Positions 1-11,625 of a stretch of DNA of 64,000 bases are shown here, piece by piece; positions within the stretch are counted from its first letter, which is position 1; every line of letters begins with the position of its first letter. Position numbers and translations under genes: made by a program. The notes below the pieces were generated by a model that ran no database searches, was not told the origin of the DNA, and saw only the letters and a program-made list of their open reading frames with translations. This stretch comes from Squalus acanthias (taxonomy: Eukaryota): contig CM059432.1 in the NCBI GenBank assembly GCA_030390025.1, positions 138,696,001 to 138,760,000 of the forward strand. Reading direction: 5' to 3'.

Positions 1-865
1 AACTGCAGCACCTCCTGTACCATGTCACTGAAAGCAACTTGAGATCCTGCTTGTGCCGCGGTTACAGACGCTGGCTGCTCAATGTCTGACACCATCCCCA
101 CAGCCTCTGCGGCTTCATGGTCAGCTTGTACTTTGTGGAATATCTGCATTGCTCCGCACATTGACTCACTTGGGACCGAAGTGACCTCCTCGATGGCAGA
201 GTTCACTGAGTAAATGCCCTCTTGGTTGGACTCACTACTTTCCTGCTCAGTAGATCTTGCCTCTACTGCACCCAATTCCGTGACGGCACACAGAAGTGCA
301 TCCAGCGCTGTAGGCGTGTCTGCCGCGTGCACTGTCGATTCCTCTTGCGTCACCACTTGCTCGATTATGTGATTTGAATTAGTGAGGGTTTCCATGGCGA
401 CGGCCGTTTCTGTAACGTCCCCTTCTTCGATTGGGCTCTCAACCACGACCACCTGGGTGGCACCCGATGTCAGCCGTCTCGCGAGAATCTGCCCGGGCAC
501 CATGCCGCCCATGTGGGCAGTGCTCTGAGTTGTGGCTATAAGCTGCCCATCTTCTGTGATGTGCACCACTTCCGCCACCTGAGCCATTTGGCCTGCCATA
601 GCCAGAGTCTGAAGAGTCGCCGCTGCAGTGGCTTCTACAGAGGCATCGATGGAGATGCCCTCTCCATAGCCGTCTTGATACCCTTGAATTATAATGACTT
701 GCCCGATGGACTCGGTTGGTTCCTGCTGCTCAATGCAGCCATCGAATGCGTCGCCTGTGACTTCAGAAGAATCTACGCTTTGAGGTGTGTTGAATGGGAC
801 AGCTGTTTCTACAAACTGTGCTCCTTGGCCTTTCAGTCGACATTCATATGCCTTGGAGACGATCC
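1..865 (-). CDS. ZNF407: Zinc finger protein 407, large C-terminal coding exon (partial; continues past base 1)
   Basis: Polypyrimidine tract and AG acceptor (tttctatttttccctaaatttcag|G; AG at 867-866, phase 1), then an open frame to the window edge: GIVSKAYECRLKGQGAQFVETAVPF...QVIIIQGY...SVEATAAATLQTLAMAGQ...VVHITEDGQLIAT...GATQVVVV...ALDALLCAVTELG...QVAFSDMVQEVLQ. These blocks match the vertebrate ZNF407 C-terminal region as I recall it (GIVSKSYECRLKGQG, TAAATLQTLAMAGQ, ALDALLCAVTELG). Confidence 0.93.
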
Positions 866-1116
866 CTGAAATTTAGGGAAAAATAGAAATATCAGTTATG
901 CTTGAAGAAATTGATAAGAAAAAATTCTACTGATCTGAGTAAGTATTGCCACTACGATTAATATAGATTTTTGATGTAGATGCAATACCTTAAAAAGCTG
1001 TCTCAGAAATGACTTTCTATCTGCCAGCAATGCACAACATATGGAATTTGAAGATCTGTTTTTACTTTATCATTAACGAAGCTCACAAGAAAGGATATAA
1101 TAACTTTTTAACTATA

Positions 1117-1302
1117 GTGTCAGCTGTGGCCCAGTGAGCAGCACTCTCGCTTCTGAGTCAGAAGGTGATGACCTCAAGTCCCACTGACCTGGGCACATAA
1201 TCTAGGCCGACAGTCCCAGTGCAGCACTGAGGTGCCGTCATTCGGATGAGATGTTAAACCAAGGCCCCATCTGCTCTCTCAGCTGGACATAAAAGATCCC
1301 AA
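1117..1302 (+). mobile_element. DeuSINE (SacSINE1-like) 5' part
   Basis: tRNA-like head (gtcagctgtggcccagtgagcagcactctcgcttctgagtcagaagg) and start of the Deu core (gagatgttaaaccaaggcccc...aaagatccca). Confidence 0.75.
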
Positions 1303-1689
1303 GACACACGTCAAACCTCACTCCTGGCTTTCACAATGTAAATAGTTGCCTCCTAGTCCTACCACCACCTCAAACAATCTATTCACTTGTATTGTTGATA
1401 TCAATGTCCTTAATAACTTTAAAGACCTGAATGAGATCCCCTCTCAGTCTATGCCCTCCAGTAACTGCAAATCCAAGGTACAAAGTCCAGCTCCATAATT
1501 CAATGCACTTAGTTTGACGATCATTCTGGTTGCTCTTCTCTGTATATTTGGGCAGTTTTTTTATTCTTGGCCTCACTTTAAAATATTTCATAATCATTCT
1601 CAAAGACTTGTACTTGATACTGAAAAAAATTGTCTATACTTATGGGCATTATAATTCCAAACCTATATTCGGACAGATGATAATGTCTA

Positions 1690-2100
1690 TCAGAAAAGAG
1701 TGAACAGGCTGGGGTCCTTTTCTCTAGAAAAGAGAAGGCTGAGGGGTGACCGGATAGAGGTCTTTCAGATTATGAAAGGGGTTCAATAGGGTAGACGCAG
1801 AGAAGATGTTTCCACTTGTGGGCAAGACCAAAACTAGGGGCCATCAATATAAGACAGTCACTAATAAATTCAATAGGGAATTCAGGAGAAACTTCTTTAC
1901 CCAGAGAGTGGTTAGAATGTGGAACTCGCTACCACAAGGAGTAGTTGAGGCGAATAGCACAGATGCATTTAAGGGGAAGCTAGATGAGGGAGAAAAGAAT
2001 GGAAGGATATGCTGATAGGGTTAAAAGAGTAGGGGTGGGAGGAGGCTCATGTGGACCAGTTGGGCCGAACGGCTTGTTTCGGTGCTGTACATTCTATGTA
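1690..2100 (+). mobile_element. CR1 LINE 3' fragment
   Basis: ORF2 C-terminus motifs (TRGHQYK...RRNFFTQRVVRMWNSLP) and a 3' UTR ending in ttctatgtaa. Confidence 0.85.
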
Positions 2101-2697
2101 ACTGAACTGCCGAAAGCAATAGCTGTTGCCAAACAGTTGGACGAAGCCAGGCAATGTTGTAATAAAGGTACTGTAACTTTAGGAATGACGGCTGTTGAGA
2201 ACTTTGAGAAGTGCTGGAAAAGGTCACTGGTGTGTGTGCTTTTTTCTCAATTAAGTGGGTCATATTGCATCATTACCTACACACAGTTTCTGCAAAGTGT
2301 GTGTGGCTCATTGCCCATGGTGTTCACATCATGCCAGGGTCCACAGCTGGATATCAATGTGAGGTCCACAGCTGATTTGCAAACCTACTTCCCAGACCAC
2401 CACCAATGCAAACACACAGCTTTCTAAATGTGAAAAGAAAAGCAAAAAAAAAACATAAGGGCGTAATAATTTCTTTCAGTGCCAAATTGTAAAAGTTAAA
2501 ACCTTTTGCATTGTTTCTTCAATTACTTCAAAACCTCTCAGGAAACGATGTGCTTGAACCATTGCTTTTACTTGCAATACTGGCCAAAGACAACAAAATA
2601 AACATAGTTCATGGGATCGAATTCCGAGGCCAGCCATCATTTTTTTTCCCCCTTGATTTTCTTCCATAATAAAGGCTTAATGATGGCTGGACTACAA

Positions 2698-3172
2698 AAA
2701 GAAAGACAGACAGACTTGCATTTATATAGCGCCTTTCACGACCACCGGACGTCTCAAAGCGCTTTACCGTCAATGACGTACTTTTTGAAGTGGAGTCACT
2801 GTTGTAATGTGGGAAACGCAGCAACTAATTTGTGCACAGCAAGCTCCCACAAACAGCAATGTGATAATGACCAGATAATCTGTTTTAGTGATGTTGGTTG
2901 AGGGATAAATATTGACCCAGGACACCGGGGAACAACTCCCCTGCTCTTCTTCGAAATAGTGCCATGGGATCTTTTACGTCCACCTGAGAGAGCAGACGGG
3001 GCCTCGGTTTAACGTCTCATCCGAAAGACTGCACCTCTGACAGTGCAGCGCTCCCTCAGCACTGCACTGGAGTGTCAGCCTAGCTTTATGTGCGCAAGTC
3101 CCTGGAGTGGGACTTGAACCCACAACCTTCTGACTCAGAGGCGAGTGTGCTACCCACTGAGCCACGGCTGAC
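2698..3172 (-). mobile_element. Full-length DeuSINE (SacSINE1-like) with 7-bp TSD
   Basis: tRNA head, Deu core and L2-like tail (aggcgctatataaatgcaag). ACTACAA is duplicated at 2691-2697 and 3173-3179. Confidence 0.88.
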
Positions 3173-3351
3173 ACTACAATTCACTACAGTTCCATAGGTA
3201 CTGCCAGTCCGGTGGCACCTTGTTCAAATGGTCAGACCATGGATCAAACAGGGACCTTCCTGATACGTATGGCTTAGTTCCACAGCAGTTGCCGTATACA
3301 TGTACAAAAAGCCACTGGAGGAGCAGAACAGTCTAAAAAACAAAAATGTAA

Positions 3352-3782
3352 CCAACAACAACTTGCATTTATATAGCACCTTGAACGTAGCAAAATGTCC
3401 CAAGGCGCTTCACAGGAGCGTTAGCAAACAAAATCTGACACCGAGCCACATAAGGAGATGTTAGGGAAGGTGACCAAAAGCTTGGTCAAAGGGGTAGTTT
3501 TTAAGGATGTCTTAAAGGAGGTGAGAGAGGTAGAGACTCGGAGAGGTTTGGAGAGGGAATTCCAGAGCTTAGGGCCGAGGCAGCTGAAGGCACGGCCGCC
3601 AGTGGTGAAGCGAAGAAATTCAGGGATGTGCAAGAGGTCAGAATTGGAGGAGCGCAGAGATCTCGGAACGTTGTAGGGCTGGAGGAGGTTACAAGATAGG
3701 GAGGGGCGAGGAGGCCATGGAGGGAATAGAAAACAAGGATGAGCTTTTTAAAATCGAGGCGTTGCCGGACCAGGAGCCAATG
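3352..3782 (-). mobile_element. L2 LINE 3' fragment
   Basis: GGRAFSCLGPKLWNSL ORF2 C-terminus and a 3' tail ending in (ttg)n. Confidence 0.85.
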
Positions 3783-4153
3783 ATCGTTACTGAGGTGAAA
3801 AATGGTAGATTACATTGGAGATTTTTCAGTAGAGAACCTGATCATCTACCGTAACTTCAGCATAAACAGTGCTATTCCTCGGGCGGGGTTTCTATCAATC
3901 TTCTACCAATGCCATAGCGGGTGATCAGGAGAACCCCTGTGGAAATGTTATCCCCTTTTTCGCAAGACTCTCCCAGTGCCTCAGCTGGTTAAGGGAGTGA
4001 GTCATACCAAGGAAGTCCCAGATGCTATCCTTTGAGCTGATTTGGCTGCTCTTAGTCAGGTATCGGTATGGGCACTACTATTAGGCTAAGTGAGGGAGGG
4101 GAAGGTCAGCCAAGCTGATCCTCATCGTTATCCAGCGACCCCTGCTGCTGGTG

Positions 4154-4520
4154 CAATGTAGGAAACACGGCAGCTGATTTGCATACAGCACAGTCCCACA
4201 AACAGCAATGTGACAATGACCAGGTAATCTGTTTCAGTGATATTGGTTGAGTGATAAATATTGACCAGGACACCAGGGAGAATTCCCCTGCTCTTCTTCA
4301 AAATAGTGCCGTGGGATCTTTTATGTCCACCTGAGAGGGCAGACGGGGTCTCGGTTTAACATCTCATCCGAAAGACAGCACCTACGACAGTGCAGCACCT
4401 CCTCAGTACTGCACTGGTTGTTTCAGCCTAGATTTTGTGCTCTGGTCTCTGGCGTGGGACTTGAACCCACAACCTTCTGATTCAGAGGCAAGAGTGCTAT
4501 TCACTGAGCCACAGCTGATA
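4154..4520 (-). mobile_element. DeuSINE lacking the 3' tail
   Basis: tRNA head plus Deu core, same family as 2698-3172. Confidence 0.85.
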
Positions 4521-4610
4521 CAGCTGGAAGAGTTTGGACATGAGGTGAAAATAGGATCAGGTTTGCCGGCAGTGACCCTGTAATCGAATATCGAATCAAT
4601 GGTCAGTATC

Positions 4611-5225
4611 ATAAGAACATAAGAAATAGGAGCAGGAGTAGGCCATTTGGCCCTTCAAGCCTGCTCCGCCATTCAATAAGATCATGGCTGATCTTCTACC
4701 TCATCTCCACTTTCCTGCACTATCCCCATATCCCTTGATTCCCTTAACATTCAAAAATCTATCAATCTCTGTCTTGAATATACTCAACAACTGAGCCTCC
4801 ACAGCCCTCTGGGGTAGAGAATTCCAAAGATTCACCACCCTCTGAGTGAAGAAATTTCTCCTCATCTCCGTCCTAAATGGCCGACCCCTTATTCTAAGAC
4901 TGTGACGCCTGGTTCTAGACTCTCCAGCCAGGGGAAACATCCTCCCTGCATCTACCCTGTCAAGCCCTGTAAGAATTTTGTATGTTTCAATGAGATCACC
5001 TCTCATTCTTCTAAACTCTAGAGAATATAGGCCTAGTCTACTCAGTCTCTCCTCATAGCACAATCCCCCCATCCCAGGAATCAATCTCGTGAACCTTCGT
5101 TGCACTCCCTCGATGGCAAGTATATCCTTCCTTAGGTAAGGAGATCAAAACTGTGCACAATACCCCAGAGGTGTGGTCTCACCAGGGCCCTGTATAATTG
5201 CAGTAAGACGTCTTTACTCTTATAC
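4611..5225 (-). mobile_element. CR1 LINE 3' fragment
   Basis: QRRFTRLIPGM...YEERLSRLGLYSLEFRRMRGDLIETYKI...NFFTQRVVNLWNSLP and a ttcttatg tail. Confidence 0.9.
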
Positions 5226-6639
5226 TAGCAAGGCTCACACACGAAGAATGGTCACTTGGGCTGGAGAGCGCCCTATTCTCACAGAGCCAAATTCCAGCAA
5301 GGAGTTAACACCTTTGGCAGAGAGAGGGATTGGCGGAGAAAGGAGGAAAAACAGAATTTTCTCATCTTAACTGACATTCATCTTTGCGATTTTCTTGGTT
5401 GGGAGCGGTGGGGGGGCGGGGGGGGTGGGTGGCGGAAGAGTTTGTAAGTGTCACTCAGATAATCCTGCAGTGGAAAGATGGGAGAGGAGTATTAATGACC
5501 GTATTGAAGGAGTTGCTCATTGGCAACATCAGTGTACCCCCCCCGCCCCTTGAACTAGGAAAATAATGTGGCTACGTGGTGGTTGCAAATGACAAAAGGA
5601 ATTTTTTTGTTCTTGATCTGCACTCTAAAAGTTAATCTTTCACAATGGATTATGTGACCTTAAATCTTGTCATTCAAATATTGTGAATAACTATTCAAAG
5701 TAATAGCTTACAGTTAAAAATCTCATAGCCTATAATCACATGTTCACTATGGGTCTTTTAAGAGTCTGTACATCTCCATTCAGCACGCCACGATTTAATA
5801 TAAAGTCCCTAGGGTGTGGAAATATCTGGTGAATCCCTTTCATTGCAGATAATTACAGCACCCAACCTGCTGCTTAATCTATTCTGAATTCAGAGGTGGG
5901 TTAAGTCACTTCCCTGACCATTAAACCAAGATGCTCGTGTAAATACTGCCGTCACTAAGGGGGCGATGAAGCTTAACTGCATCGGGATCTTAACCTTTGC
6001 ACTGCACATGACTCTAGCTTTTCCATCTCAGTTCATAAATGTGATTGCAGGTCCATCTCTTGATTCTGCAATTTAATAACTTGGAGTGCTGTCAGTACTG
6101 CTTTGAAAAATGGCTCCTATAAAATGTAATGACCTCAATCAGATTGCAAAGATTCACCCACTGAAGATTCTTTCATTTCAACCTAAATGAATTAATGTTG
6201 AGCTATGCAAAAGTTCAAGTGGCATTACAACTAATGTAACTCGGTAGTGTAACTGCAATTCAAAAAGGAGTTTTTGGCCCGTGATAAACTGGAATTATAC
6301 AATATAATATGATCAAGATTTATTCTTTGTGAAGTGCCATTCAGCTGGACCAGTGAGGGGACTTCACACATTATGACAAAAATACACACGAGGTAGGGGG
6401 TTACTCGAAATAGGGTGTTTAAGCAATGGGACATTACAAGTGTTTTGTCAGCTGTTTACGATCTTGGGTTTATATTTATGAGAGTTAGCTCTGGAGCTGC
6501 TTTTCAATGATTGAACAATGGCTTGTGGAAGAGGGCTGCTCACATGCCATCATAATGCTAATCAATGCAAAGCATTTATGAAACCTGTTAAAGTAAATAT
6601 GCCTGAAAATGAGTAATACGAGGGGGGGGGGGGGCGGGG

Positions 6640-6806
6640 GGAAGAGCATGATATTACTCTGCCTGAAAATATACCACAGCCAACGGATAAATATTTGAAA
6701 AGGAAACATTTGCGGGGCGATGGGGAGTGGGACTAATTAGAGAGCTCTTTCAAAGAGCTGGCACAGGCATGGGCCGAATGGCCTCCTTCGGTGCTGTATG
6801 ATTCTA
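6640..6806 (+). mobile_element. CR1 3' UTR fragment
   Basis: gagctctttcaaagagctggcacagg...gggccgaatggcctcctt...gattcta. Confidence 0.7.
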
Positions 6807-7528
6807 CAACACACACCCACATTATTTAGGGTGGGCAAGACTGTTTCTGCACTGGCTCAGGGACTAAATACTGTTGCTTTTTCTTCCAAAATTAATTTTT
6901 GAACTCCTGCACCACGGGGAAGTGGTGCCCGGGAGTGAGGAACCACTTTGCAAACACATCAGTGAGTTCAAAACAAGGAACCGTGGGCTCAATCGACAAA
7001 CACAGTAAAAATTACACTGCCACAAAAAGCACTATTGCATACCGCTGACAAATGTCCTTTACATCCCTATGTAATCCAACATTCTAACTAACAGCAAAGC
7101 ACAGTCATGTGAGATTAATACTCAGTAACCACACAGAACAAAATTCCTTACTCCATATCACTTGGAAACTCTTGAGGGCTAATGTCACAAGGCAGATTTT
7201 TTAAGTGGTTACAGTGGTCAATTTCCTGTTTGGGTAGCAAGTTCCATGGTTGATTTCGGCAATAAACTAGTTGCAACTTTTGTGAGACACCCCCTCCTCC
7301 ACCCACCATTAAAGGGGATGGGGAAACACAACCCCTCGTTCTTTCATCTCTCGATTTCCACCACACCCCCAAAGGATTTACAAAACAAAATTACACATTT
7401 CAAGCACTTTCGTCTTTTTGATTTTTTTAAACTGTAAACACAGCCTACTGAAGAAGTTTCACCATAATAACAGTAATAAAATAAACCACTTGTACTGCCA
7501 GCCCCAATATGGTATTTTCAGTGCACTA

Positions 7529-7885
7529 CATAGAATGATACAGCACAGAAGGAGACCATTCGGCCCATCATGCCTGTGCCGGCTCTTTGAAAGAGCTGCC
7601 CAATTAGTCCCACTCCCCCCTGCTCTTTCCCCGTAGCCCTGCAAAATGTTCCTTTTTAAGTAGAGATCCAATTTCCTTTTGAGTGTTACTAATGAATCTG
7701 CTACCACCGCCCTTTCAAGCAGTGCCTTCCAGATCATAACAACTCGCTGTGTAAAAAATATTCTCATCTCCCCTCTGGCTTTTTTTGCCAATTATTTTAA
7801 ATCTGTGTCCTCTGGTTACCGACCCTCCTGCCAGTAGAAGCAGTTTCTCTTTATTTACTCTATTAAAACACCTCATAATTTTAAG
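7529..7885 (-). mobile_element. CR1 LINE 3' fragment
   Basis: TRGHRFKIIG...FFTQRVVMIW motifs plus 3' UTR. Confidence 0.85.
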
Positions 7886-8667
7886 GCCATATGATCTAAA
7901 TGGGTTGATCATAGAACTCAATAGTCAGCTGGGCGTGTAGAACAATCAATGTTCCAGAAAATGATGTATTTATCAACTGTGAGACTCCAGTGGTCACTGG
8001 TGTATGACATTGTAGGACGCCAGTTTCGTGTCATTCACCAGTAGGCCAGTAAAACACATTGAGGCGACTTCAACAACTTCATCTCATCTGTGTCAGGCAA
8101 TTTGTTGAAAGCTTAGCTTGGGCGCAAGAAACTTGTAATAAAAATTCATGGGAGTTTGCTGAAGAAACAAGACTGATGGCAGACGAAAGGTCACCCTGCA
8201 TCTGTGCTAGAGGTCAAGGGGCCGATTCTAATGCTGCATCGGGCTCTTTATTTCATGCATCACCCTAGCAGATAAAATTTGTGCTGATGCAACTGGTCTC
8301 ATCCGGCAACAATTTTTTTTTTTATTATGTTTAGAAACATCCCGAGTGTTAATGTAAAACTTGTGGCATGATTCCTTCAGCTAGTTTTCATATGGTCCAC
8401 AGAATGCTGAGCCTCAGCAAAATCAGCAATGTGGCATTAACCCTCAGAGACCCAAGTGTCCTCTGCAGGTTGCAGAATATAAACAAGTGCGCCGCAAACT
8501 TAAAAAAAAATACAGAAAATGATTGAAGAAAAGAGACTGAGACAAGCGCACACTATAAATACAGTGGGGATGGTGTGAAATTGGCCTTTCCTAATCTTAT
8601 ACTCATAAATCGGAGCAAAACTAGCTGGCCAATTCCTACTGAAGGTTCAGGAAATTAGTGAATGTTT

Positions 8668-9609
8668 AGAACATAGAACATAGAACAGTACAGCACAGTA
8701 CAGGCCCTTCGGCCCTCGATGTTGTGCCGAGCATTGTCCGAGACCAAGATCAAGCTATCACACTCCCTATCACTCTGGTGTGCTCCATGTGCTTATCCAA
8801 TAACCGCTTGAAAGTTCCTAAAGTGTCCGACTCCACTATCACAGCAGGCAGTCCATTCCACACCCCAACCACTCTCTGAGTAAAGAATCTACCTCGGACA
8901 TCCCTTCTATATCTCCCCCCATGCACCTTATAGTTATGCCCCCTTGTAACAGCTGCCTCTACCCGAGGAAATAGTCTCTGAACATCCACTCTATCTATCC
9001 CCCTCATCATCTTATAAACCTCTATTAAGTCGCCTCTCATCCTCCTCCGCTCTAAAGAGAAAAGCCCCAACTCCCTCAATCTTTCCTCATAAGACCTCCC
9101 CCCCAAACCAGGCAGCATCCTGGTAAATCTCCTTTGCACTCTTTCCAATGCTTCCACGTCCTTCCTATAGTGAGGTGACCAGAACTGCACACAATATTCC
9201 AAATGTGGTCTCACCAAGGTCCTGTACAGTTGCAGCATAACCTCACGGTTCTTAAACTCAAAACCTCTGTTAATAAACGCCAACACACCATAGGCCTTCT
9301 TTACTGCTCTATCCACTTGAGTGGCAACCTTCAGAGATCTGTGGATATGAACCCCCAGATCCCTCTGCTCCTCCACGTTCCTCAGAACCCTGCCGTTGAC
9401 CCTGTAATCCTTATTCAAATTTGCCCTACCAAAATGAATCACCTCGCACTTATCAGGGTTAAATTCCATCTGCCATTTTTCGGCCCAGCTCTGCATCCTA
9501 TCAATGTCTCTTTGCAGCCTACAACAGCCCTCCACCTCATCCACTGCTCCACCAATCTTGGTGTCATCAGCAAATTTACTGATCCACCCTTCAGTCCCCT
9601 CCTCCAAGT
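8668..9609 (-). mobile_element. Young 5'-truncated CR1 (HER1-like) LINE with open RT/C-terminal ORF (8750-9607)
   Basis: 285-aa uninterrupted ORF (ISKFADDTKIG...WQMEFNPDKC...RPHLEYCVQFWSP...FFTQRVV) and a (ttctatg)n tail. Confidence 0.93.
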
Positions 9610-9651
9610 CACGAGAGAGAAAAGTTATGGCACCTTCTAAGTCTTGGTTAG

Positions 9652-10100
9652 TTACATAGAATTACATCGAATTTACAGCACAGAAACAGGCCATTCGGCC
9701 CAACTGGTCCATGCCGGTGTTCATGCTCCTCACGAGCCTCCTCCCACTCCTACTTCATCTCACCCTATCAGCATAACCTTCTATTCCCTTCTCCCTCATG
9801 TGTTTATCCAGCTTCCCCTTAAATGCATCTGTGCTATTCGCCTCAACTACTCCCTGTTGTAGCGAGTTCCACATTCTCACCACTCTCCGGGTAAAGAAGT
9901 TTCTCCTAAATTCCCTACTGGATTTACTGGTGACCAACGTTCCCGTTAAGCTGCGCCGCTGCAGCCGGCTCACCGGCTTTTGAATGGAATAAACGCTCGT
10001 GCGCGGAAATCTGAATGGGCGGAGCAGCCCGTTAAAGGGGCCGCGCACCCAAAAAGAAATTAGAGGGAACATTGCCGATGACCATCTTATATTAACAGCT
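9652..10100 (-). mobile_element. CR1 3' fragment interrupted by a hAT MITE
   Basis: Same subfamily as 1690-2100 (RRNFFTRRVVRMWNSL). Confidence 0.8.
9935..10074. mobile_element. hAT-type MITE (caaygttccc TIR family)
   Basis: TIRs caacgttccc / gggaacattg; 8-bp flanks ctggtgac / ccgatgac (6/8 match). Confidence 0.7.
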
Positions 10101-10304
10101 CCTAAGTGAAAATAAACCAGAGGAGGTAAATCAAAGGCAACTGCAACCCACCGGGGATAGAAGTCTTTCAGACAGCATTTGCAAAAGTTTAAAAATTAGT
10201 TAAAAAGTATGCAGTGTTCTCCCCCCCCCCCCCCACTGCCCCAACTGCCTTGACCTAGCCACGACATATTTGCCCAAAGGAACGTAGCAACAGACGGCAA
10301 GAGA

Positions 10305-10655
10305 CTAGCTAGTATCAGTAATGGTAACCATGAAACTATCGGATTGTCGTAAAAACCCATCTGGTTCACTAATGTCCTTTCGGGAAGGAAATCTGCCGTC
10401 CTTACCTGGTCTGGCCTATATATGACTCCAGACCCACAGCAATGTGGTTGACTCTTAACTGCCCTCTGAAATGGCCTATCAAGTCACTCAGTTGTAACTA
10501 ACTGCTACGCACTGTGGGAGTACCTTCACCACACGGACTGCAGCGGTTCAAGAAGGCGGTTCACCACCACCTTCTCAAGGGCAACTAGGGATGGGCAATA
10601 AATGCTGGCCTTGCCAGCGACGCCCAGATCCCATAAGCGAGTAAAAAAAAAAACT
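10305..10655 (+). mobile_element. SINE family B, 5'-truncated
   Basis: ggattgtcgtaaaaacccatctggttcactaatgtccttt...gggcaataaatgctggcc...poly(A); recurs at 24640 (with tRNA-like head) and 54322. Confidence 0.7.
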
Positions 10656-11417
10656 ATCCACTGGTTTGGGAAAAAAAAGGTAAACATTTTCAAGAACAAA
10701 AAAAAATTGTGGGCAAGTTGCTCTTTAACACCCCTCCAGCAACACTAACTTGACAGAGTCGAGTGGAAAGCGATCTAAGAGTGGAACCCTTGCCTGGCTT
10801 CTCAGCTGGGATATTGCACAGCGATAACAAAATACATGGAAAAATTAAAAGGGAGTAAAAAAAAAAAAATGTTTAGCTGCAAATCACAATAACCCCAGTG
10901 CAGTGAACAGTGGGCAAATCCCAAGGGCAAGATCTACATTCACAAGGCGTATCTCCAAAGACGTAGTAGTATGACTAGCTGGGTAGGGGCCTTAAACAAA
11001 GATGGTCAAGGTAATTTTTATAAAAAAGCAAAACAATGTTTGACAGAAGGCTTACAAGCAGTCATATATTTATGAGTGAAAATAAATTATTCTTGCAAAA
11101 CCAACACAGCATTCATGGCAAAAACAGATGCCACAGAGGCTTTAAAAATGTGACCAAGTAGCGCCCCTTTCCCCACTGATGCAAGCTTCATTAAATGGGA
11201 ACCCACATCGCCATGGACATAGGTTTTACATAGAGACATATAATGAGGCATACTGCCTTAAAGTCGATATTGGTAAGCCAGTCTCTCCTGTAGCTTAACC
11301 TATACCTGTAAGGTAGATATCAGTAAGCAATCTCTCTAACCCTAAGCAGCCTATAATGTATCAATTTTTGACAGTCCTATACAATCCTGGCTGAGAACCA
11401 ACAAAACTCTATACACA

Positions 11418-11625
11418 GAAAATGCTGGAAATACTCAGCAGGTCAGGCAGCATCTGTGGAGAGAGAGAAACAGAGTTAAAGTTTCAGGTCGATGACCCTT
11501 CGTCATCGACCTGAAACATTAACTCTGTGTTTCTCTCGCCACAGATGCTGCCTGACCTGCTGAGTATTTCCAGCATTTTCTCTTTTTGTTTCAGATTTCC
11601 AGCATCCGCAGTACTTTGCTTTTGT
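11418..11625. mobile_element. Penelope-derived fold-back (palindromic) insertion with 15-bp TSD
   Basis: Two inverted copies of the same Penelope terminus seen at 26137-26236. Flanks aaaactctatacaca (11403-11417) and aaaactctacacaca (11626-11640). Confidence 0.85.

Larger units (their letters stand above)
3975..5350 (+). repeat. Old unclassified interspersed repeat, split by a DeuSINE and a CR1 insertion
   Basis: Pieces ~3975-4150, ~4520-4610 and ~5228-5350 are collinear with the uninterrupted related copy at ~27590-27940. Confidence 0.5.

Noticed and set aside
513..869. 118-aa plus-strand ORF
   Set aside because: Antisense shadow of the ZNF407 exon; no recognisable protein.
3105..3172. tRNA-like sequences (also at 27430, 31330, 41480, 47790, 61490 and elsewhere)
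   Set aside because: These are SINE heads continuous with SINE bodies, not tRNA genes.
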